From Idiomarina loihiensis L2TR (GTDB taxonomy: Bacteria; Pseudomonadota; Gammaproteobacteria; Enterobacterales; Alteromonadaceae), in the NCBI RefSeq assembly GCF_000008465.1, contig NC_006512.1, positions 750,001 to 782,000 on the forward strand: 32,000 bases of DNA. The letters run 5' to 3'. Every line of letters starts with the position of its first letter. Within the stretch, counting starts at the first letter, position 1. The notes beneath the pieces were generated by a model. That model was not told where the DNA came from and made no database searches. It worked only from the letters and a program-made list of their open reading frames with translations. Both the position numbers and the translations under genes were made by a program. Shown here piece by piece: positions 26,916-32,000 of this stretch.

Positions 26916-27554
26916 TTACTGTGCATCCGCTTGATTTTCAGGCCGAGCCTGTTGCACTGCGTCAAGCGCCTGCAAACGTTCATGCACCGCCATTAAAGTT
27001 GGATATGCCGTTAAGTCCAAATTAAAGCGTTGTGCATTGTATACCTGAGGTATCAAACAGATATCAGCCAATGTTACCGAATTACCATAGCAATAATCAC
27101 CTGCATACTCGGTAAGCCGCTGTTCAAATGCGGTAAAACTTCGTTCTACCCAGTTAGCTATCCAGGCTGAACGTTGTTCGTCACTGCAATTCAGCTCACC
27201 GGTTAAGTACTGTAGCACTCGTAAGTTTGTAACAGGTTGCAGTTCGCAGGCTAAATCATAAGCCAAGGCTCTGACTCTGGCTTTGTCAGCTGGAGCGGAG
27301 GGCAATAAAGGTTTCTTTGGATAGCACTCTTCCAGATACTCAATAATGGCTAAAGACTGATTTAACCTAACGTCACCATCTATAAAAGTAGGAACCAAGC
27401 GCGCAGGATTAAGCTTTCGATAAGCCTCACTGTGCTGTTGTCCGCCGTCTTTAACTAAATGCACCGGTTCGTACTCGTACGCCAGCCCTTTGAGGTTTAA
27501 CGCAATACGAACCCGGTAACTGGCGCTTGAGCGCCAGTAGCCGTATAGTTTCAT
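26916..27554 (-). CDS. maiA: Maleylacetoacetate isomerase (GST zeta class)
   Basis: MKLYGYWRSSASYRVRIALNLKGL is the hallmark zeta-GST N-terminus. The ATG at 27554 overlaps the upstream TGA by 1 nt (TGATG). It is the last gene of the homogentisate pathway. Confidence 0.9.
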   Translation of the reverse strand: MKLYGYWRSSASYRVRIALNLKGLAYEYEPVHLVKDGGQQHSEAYRKLNPARLVPTFIDGDVRLNQSLAIIEYLEECYPKKPLLPSAPADKARVRALAYDLACELQPVTNLRVLQYLTGELNCSDEQRSAWIANWVERSFTAFEQRLTEYAGDYCYGNSVTLADICLIPQVYNAQRFNLDLTAYPTLMAVHERLQALDAVQQARPENQADAQ

Positions 27555-28579
27555 CACTTTTCAGGACCTTCGTATTGAACAACTTTTTGGTTAATGGTGC
27601 CGAATATTGACTGGCCACCATCATCTTTCATTTCCATTTTAATGGTGTCACCAAACTGCATAAACTGTGTCGCCGGCTTGCCATCACGAATGGTTTCAAT
27701 CATACGCACTTCAGCGATACAGCTGTAACCAACACCACCTTCTTCAATAGAGGTTCCGTGGTCAGTTCCCTGCTTATTGGAAACTGTACCCGAGCCAATA
27801 ATGGCACCGGCCCCTAAGTGACGAGTCTTCGCTGCATGAGCGACCAACTGGCCAAAGTCAAAGGTCATGTCTTCGCCGGCGTTAGGTTTACCAAAGGCTT
27901 TACCGTTGTACTCTGACAATAGTGGTAAATGTACCTTGTTAGCTTTCCATGCGTCGCCCAGTTCGTCTGGTGTTACTGCGACCGGCGAAAAAGCTGAGGA
28001 TGGTTTACTCTGGAAAAAGCCAAAACCTTTGCCCAGCTCGCCCGGAATAAGTCCGCGTAACGAAACGTCATTAACCAACATCAATAATTTAATATGCTGC
28101 CCGGCGGTCTTAGCATCAACACCCATTGGTACATCATCGGTAATAATGGCAATTTCGCCTTCAAAATCGATGCCCCATTCAGTGCTGCCCATTTCAATAT
28201 CATCGTAAGGTGCTAAGAAGTCATCAGAACCGCCCTGATACATTAAAGGATCTTCCCAGAAGCTCGGTGGCATCTCGGCACCGCGTGCACGACGTACTAA
28301 TTCAACGTGGTTTACATAGGCGCTGCCATCGGCCCACTGATACGCACGAGGCAGAGGCGACTCACATAAAGCTTCATCGAACTGGATACTGCCATCCACG
28401 TCGCTGTCGTTAAGCTGCTGATAGATTTTTTCGAGCTTAGGTGCAATACCGTCCCAGTTGTCGAGCAACTCTTGCATGCAAGACGCAATAGCAGGAACCG
28501 CTACTGCTGCATTTAAATTCCTGCTGACAACCATTAACTGGCCGTCACGAGTACCATTTCTGTATGTGGCGAGTTTCAT
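27554..28579 (-). CDS. Fumarylacetoacetate hydrolase family protein (short ~340-aa bacterial form), presumed fumarylacetoacetase of the operon
   Basis: MKLATYRNGTRDGQLMVVSR... plus the FAH-fold C-terminal half. It is positioned between hmgA and maiA. Confidence 0.8.
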   Translation of the reverse strand: MKLATYRNGTRDGQLMVVSRNLNAAVAVPAIASCMQELLDNWDGIAPKLEKIYQQLNDSDVDGSIQFDEALCESPLPRAYQWADGSAYVNHVELVRRARGAEMPPSFWEDPLMYQGGSDDFLAPYDDIEMGSTEWGIDFEGEIAIITDDVPMGVDAKTAGQHIKLLMLVNDVSLRGLIPGELGKGFGFFQSKPSSAFSPVAVTPDELGDAWKANKVHLPLLSEYNGKAFGKPNAGEDMTFDFGQLVAHAAKTRHLGAGAIIGSGTVSNKQGTDHGTSIEEGGVGYSCIAEVRMIETIRDGKPATQFMQFGDTIKMEMKDDGGQSIFGTINQKVVQYEGPEK

Positions 28580-28585
28580 AAGTTG

Positions 28586-29716
28586 TTATTTCTCCTGCCA
28601 ACTGTAGACGTAGTCCGGGTTTTCAACCGCTAAAGCCTCATCACTTGCTTGCAAGGCATCGCGGGTATCAAGCATAACCGCAACTTCGTCTGTGAATTTC
28701 TTTTTGTGCTCACGCCCGGCTTTAAATGCTTTCGGGTGTGGGCCATGAGTAAAGCCTGCCGGATGGAAGGTTACCATACCGCGGTCGATATTATCACGAC
28801 TGAAAAAGTCACCTTCGTGATAGAACAGCACTTCGTCGTAATCATCATTATTATGGTAGAAAGGCACTTTTAATGCGCCCGGATCTGACTCGATAGGACG
28901 CGGCACAAAAGTACAGACCACGAAACGGTCAGCCACAAAAGTCGTGTGCGCCGACGGCGGCAAATGATAACGATGACTCATTAACGGCCGGATATCGCGC
29001 CAGTTCAAACGAACCGGAGCTAATTCTCCGTGCCAGCCTATCGCATCCAGTGGGTTATAAGGGTAAGTAATAACCGACACCTGCTGATGACGTTTTACAT
29101 ACACCTGCCACTGTTCTTCACTGTATTGTGCCTGAAATGCCTCATCGATATCCGGCGTATCCAGAACTGCCGGGTCAAAAATAGCATGATTACCCACCAG
29201 ACCTTTCTCCGGCAGGCTATAAGAGCCATTAGTTGCCTCAATCATCAACAACTGCATGGTCTCATCAGGCTCAAGACGCCAGTTAGTAGAACGGGGAATT
29301 AAGAAGTAGTCCCCTTTCACCAGGTGAATATGCCCGTAGTCACAATGCAGATGACCACTACCTTCGTGCACAAAGAGCAAATCATCGCCGTCGGCATTAC
29401 GCACTAAATAATCCATTTTGCTATGGCAATGCCATAAACGAAAACGGCAGTTATTATTGTGCAATAAGTCAGGCGTTAACCAGGGGTTTTCCGGAGCTAT
29501 GGCTTCTAGCTTGTTAAAATCAAAAGCCCGTGGACGCAGAGGCCCACGCCACTCCGACCAACCGGTCGGAGCATGCTGATGGTGAAAATGCGTGGCCGGA
29601 CCGAAAAAGCCACTACGACCAGCTTCACGTTCATAAATGGCTTGCTCCGGAAAATCAGCGTGGGCCTGTCGAGATGACTTGCCCACCTGTTTCGGAAAGC
29701 TGATCCATTTACGCAT
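28586..29716 (-). CDS. hmgA: Homogentisate 1,2-dioxygenase (short ~376-aa form)
   Basis: SSRQAHADFPEQAIYEREAGRSGFFGP..., a cupin-like core, and His-rich metal-ligand regions. The start overlaps the hppD stop by 8 nt. Confidence 0.8.
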   Translation of the reverse strand: MRKWISFPKQVGKSSRQAHADFPEQAIYEREAGRSGFFGPATHFHHQHAPTGWSEWRGPLRPRAFDFNKLEAIAPENPWLTPDLLHNNNCRFRLWHCHSKMDYLVRNADGDDLLFVHEGSGHLHCDYGHIHLVKGDYFLIPRSTNWRLEPDETMQLLMIEATNGSYSLPEKGLVGNHAIFDPAVLDTPDIDEAFQAQYSEEQWQVYVKRHQQVSVITYPYNPLDAIGWHGELAPVRLNWRDIRPLMSHRYHLPPSAHTTFVADRFVVCTFVPRPIESDPGALKVPFYHNNDDYDEVLFYHEGDFFSRDNIDRGMVTFHPAGFTHGPHPKAFKAGREHKKKFTDEVAVMLDTRDALQASDEALAVENPDYVYSWQEK

Positions 29717-30782
29717 CGCTTAACACTCCCCGGCGGATCTGATCTTCTTCAATGCTTTCGAATAATGCTTTGAAGTTACCTTCGCCAAAACCTTCGTTGC
29801 CTTTACGCTGAATGATTTCAAAGAACACCGGACCAATGACGGTTTGAGTAAAGATTTGCAGTAAAATGCCATCTTTCATTGGCGCACCGTCAATTAGAAT
29901 GCGCTGCTCGCGTAACGCTTCTAAATCTTCCTGATGCCCTTCAACGCGCTCATTCACTTTCTCGTAGTAAGTTTCCGGCGTATCCATGAAGTCCATGCCA
30001 ATAGAACGCAGGTCTTTTACGGTTTTGTAGATATTGTCACTGGTTAAAGCAATGTGCTGAATACCTTCGCCTTTGTACTCTTTTAAGTACTCTTCAATTT
30101 GCGATTTGTCATCGTGAGATTCATTAATTGGAATACGGATCTTACCGCAAGGTGCTGTCATCGCTCGGCTTAACAGGCCTGTCAGTTTGCCTTCAATATC
30201 AAAGTAACGAATTTCACGGAAGTTACCAATGCGCTCATAGAAGCCAGCCCAGGTATCCATGTTGCCGCGGAATACGTTGTGCGTCAGGTGGTCAATTTCA
30301 AACAGACCAGCGGCGTGCCCGCTCATTTTCGCTTCCCAGTTTTCATAGAAGTCGAAATGCTGCTTATAAATTTCATGGTTTTCGTAGTTGTCGACAAAAT
30401 ACAACGCACTTTCGCCAATACCGAACACTGCCGGAACACCTTCAACAACGCCTTTATCAGCAGGGAATGCTTTAGCACCGTTATCAAGTGAATGCTTTAA
30501 CGCATGCTCAGCGTCTTCCACACGCCATGCCATACCACAGACACTCGGACCATGGTCTTTCGCAAACTCTTCAGCCTGCCCACCCGGTTCAGCGTTAATA
30601 ATGAAATTAATGTCGTTCTGCTTGTACAACCAGGCCTGCTTGCTCTTGTGCTTAGCCACTTCAGTGAAACCCAGTTTATCGAACAAATCTTTTAACGCAT
30701 CAATGCCTTTCTCGTCCGGAGCGGTATACTCAACGAACTCAAAACCGTCTGTATTTAACGGATTAATCATTTTATCTGTCAT
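29709..30782 (-). CDS. hppD: 4-hydroxyphenylpyruvate dioxygenase
   Basis: 357 aa with two VOC/glyoxalase-fold halves. IQHIALTSDNIY, LLQIFT and FFEIIQRKGNEGFGEGNFKALFESIE are the canonical HppD C-terminal signature. An AAGAGGAAG Shine-Dalgarno lies upstream. Confidence 0.93.
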   Translation of the reverse strand: MTDKMINPLNTDGFEFVEYTAPDEKGIDALKDLFDKLGFTEVAKHKSKQAWLYKQNDINFIINAEPGGQAEEFAKDHGPSVCGMAWRVEDAEHALKHSLDNGAKAFPADKGVVEGVPAVFGIGESALYFVDNYENHEIYKQHFDFYENWEAKMSGHAAGLFEIDHLTHNVFRGNMDTWAGFYERIGNFREIRYFDIEGKLTGLLSRAMTAPCGKIRIPINESHDDKSQIEEYLKEYKGEGIQHIALTSDNIYKTVKDLRSIGMDFMDTPETYYEKVNERVEGHQEDLEALREQRILIDGAPMKDGILLQIFTQTVIGPVFFEIIQRKGNEGFGEGNFKALFESIEEDQIRRGVLSDA

Positions 30783-30891
30783 GGTTACTTCCTCTTATTA
30801 TTCGGTTGTTAACACCATGACTGTAGCGGTAGTTGTGGGGAAAAGGCGAATAAGAGGAGAAGATAGCAAATTGCTGAAGTTAAGGTTAAAA

Positions 30892-30909
30892 CGTAAAGTT
30901 TAATGTACA
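30892..30909. promoter_or_regulatory. TyrR box (weaker), about 118 nt upstream of the hppD ATG
   Basis: cGTAAA-GTTTAA-TgTACA matches the consensus TGTAAA-N6-TTTACA at 10 of 12 positions. Confidence 0.5.
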
Positions 30910-30951
30910 GGCTGAACACTTGCTCTGGATCAAGGTACAGCCTGTTTAACT

Positions 30952-30969
30952 TGTAAAGCTTTTGTTACA
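30952..30969. promoter_or_regulatory. TyrR box (strong), about 178 nt upstream of the hppD ATG and 3 nt downstream of the tyrR stop
   Basis: TGTAAA-GCTTTT-gTTACA matches the consensus at 11 of 12 positions. It is embedded in the perfect 7-bp inverted repeat CTTGTAA...TTACAAG. Confidence 0.6.
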
Positions 30970-30972
30970 AGA

Positions 30973-32000
30973 CTACTTTTTTGTCTGTTCTGCTTTACGG
31001 GCGCGACCACTGCGTTGCTTACCAATGCCATAATCGCGTAATTTATTAGCCACTGCGGTATGGGAAAGCCCTAAACGTTTTGCCAGTTGCCTTGTACTGG
31101 GGAAACTCGGATACAAACGGCGTAGTACGTGGCTTTCAAAACGGCGAACTGCATCGTCCAGGCTCATATCGTCAATATCCAGTGCTAGCTGGTCATCTTC
31201 CTGATTCAACTCAGGCAAACGGATATCCGCGGGCTCCAGCGTATAACCTTCTATCATTGAAACCGAACGAAACATAGTGTTCTCCAGCTGGCGCACGTTG
31301 CCCGGCCACTGGTAACGCTTGAGCCGCTCTTTCGCCGCCCGGCTTAAACTTACCTGACTGCGCCCGAGCTTCTTACAAGCCTGAGTCACAAAATGCTCTG
31401 CCAACAATAAAATATCGCTTTTGCGTTCACGCAGCGGCGGAACATTCAGTGCCAGGACGTTTAGCCGATAATACAAGTCTTCGCGAAATTCGCCGTTTTC
31501 AACGAGTTCGTATAGGTTACCCTGGGCTGTGCAAATAACTCGCACGTCTACGCTCACTTCCTGCTCTTCGCCAATGCGGCGAAACACACCGTCTTCTAAA
31601 AAGCGTAGTAATTTTGCCTGCAGGCCAATAGACATTTCACTGACTGAGTCCAGTAATACTGTGCCCCCGGCAGATTGTTCCAGGACCCCGGTTTTACGAG
31701 TGCTCTGGCTACTTATGCTGCCTTCGCCATGACCAAACAGTTCGCTCTCAGCAACATTGTCCGGTAGTGCCGCACAATTTATGGCTAAAAAGGGTTTATC
31801 CTGACGCTGGCTGGCTAAATGACAGGCTTTTGCCAACAGCTCTTTACCAACACCCGTTTCACCTTCGATTAACAGCGGCGCGTCAAGCTCTGCCATACGC
31901 TGAGCATCTTTAATCACGCGCTTCATAGTGCTGTTATCGGTCAACAGACGTTCAAAGGCTTTCTCATTAGTCTGACTCTGCCAGGTTGCTGTTACGGGCT
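30973..32000 (-). CDS. tyrR: TyrR/PhhR-type aromatic amino acid transcriptional regulator (AAA+ and C-terminal HTH parts). The N-terminal ACT/PAS region lies outside the window.
   Basis: The frame is open from the TTG at 31944 to the window end (..PVTATWQSQTNEKAFERLL precedes it), so the gene is truncated by the window edge. It has Walker A GETGVGKE, ESELFGH and the HTH STRQLAKRLGLSHTAVANKLRDYGI, similar to E. coli TyrR. Confidence 0.85.
   Translation of the reverse strand, partial: PVTATWQSQTNEKAFERLLTDNSTMKRVIKDAQRMAELDAPLLIEGETGVGKELLAKACHLASQRQDKPFLAINCAALPDNVAESELFGHGEGSISSQSTRKTGVLEQSAGGTVLLDSVSEMSIGLQAKLLRFLEDGVFRRIGEEQEVSVDVRVICTAQGNLYELVENGEFREDLYYRLNVLALNVPPLRERKSDILLLAEHFVTQACKKLGRSQVSLSRAAKERLKRYQWPGNVRQLENTMFRSVSMIEGYTLEPADIRLPELNQEDDQLALDIDDMSLDDAVRRFESHVLRRLYPSFPSTRQLAKRLGLSHTAVANKLRDYGIGKQRSGRARKAEQTKK

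Noticed and set aside
30388-30903. 171-aa plus-strand ORF overlapping hppD and running into the hppD promoter region
   Set aside because: It is antisense to the canonical HppD coding sequence, has a low-complexity Ser/Ala/Pro-rich translation, and has no ribosome-binding site. It is most likely a shadow ORF.
30907-30945. 8-bp inverted repeat ACAGGCTG / CAGCCTGT with a 23-nt loop between the two TyrR boxes, considered as a tyrR terminator
   Set aside because: The loop is large, the stem is short, and no U-run follows on the minus-strand transcript. It could equally be an incidental or regulatory repeat. There is not enough evidence to annotate it.
1-32000. Looked on both strands for mobile elements, integrases, tRNA or tmRNA genes, CRISPR repeats, phage genes, toxin-antitoxin pairs, and known defence-system hallmarks (nucleases, helicases, methyltransferases, STAND/TIR/Sir2 domains)
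   Set aside because: None was found. Every ORF longer than 100 aa that is not a shadow frame is accounted for by a metabolic, transport, housekeeping or peptidase assignment. The intergenic spaces are all under 200 nt and contain no direct-repeat arrays.

Overview
This is a densely coding (about 90%) chromosomal segment that looks like core genome of a marine gammaproteobacterium. The gene content is Alteromonadales/Vibrionales-like: a rhombosortase, dcd next to divergent apbC(mrp) and metG as in E. coli, and an hppD-hmgA-FAH-maiA operon arranged as I recall for Vibrio cholerae VC1344-1347. I call 29 protein genes, including one 57-codon gene absent from the ORF track and two genes cut by the window edges. 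They cover several functions:
- Transport: a CstA-family permease and an RND efflux pair.
- Housekeeping: metG, dcd, apbC, hspQ, hinT, selO and a ybhK-like gene.
- Exported peptidases: M14-like, M28, GGT and S9.
- Tyrosine catabolism: a complete homogentisate operon with two good TyrR boxes next to a tyrR-type regulator.

I found no rRNA, tRNA, CRISPR array, IS or transposase, integrase, phage gene, or recognisable defence or toxin-antitoxin module. There is no strong evidence for a wholly novel system.

The best candidate is the apparent operon at 1937-4955. It encodes a CstA-family permease, a 90-aa protein with a His/Met-rich tail ending in Cys-Cys-stop, and a cysteine-poor single-domain ArsA/Get3-like ATPase. 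By analogy with ArsA/ArsB/ArsD it could be an uncharacterised ATPase plus thiol-chaperone plus permease module.

Secondary items are an orphan rhombosortase, a GT2-GtrA fusion preceded by an unrecognised Gln/Tyr-rich two-TM protein, a palindromic operator in the RND promoter with no local regulator, and an S9 peptidase apparently appended to the homogentisate operon. All functional calls come from reading the translated ORFs and recalling family motifs; no searches were run.
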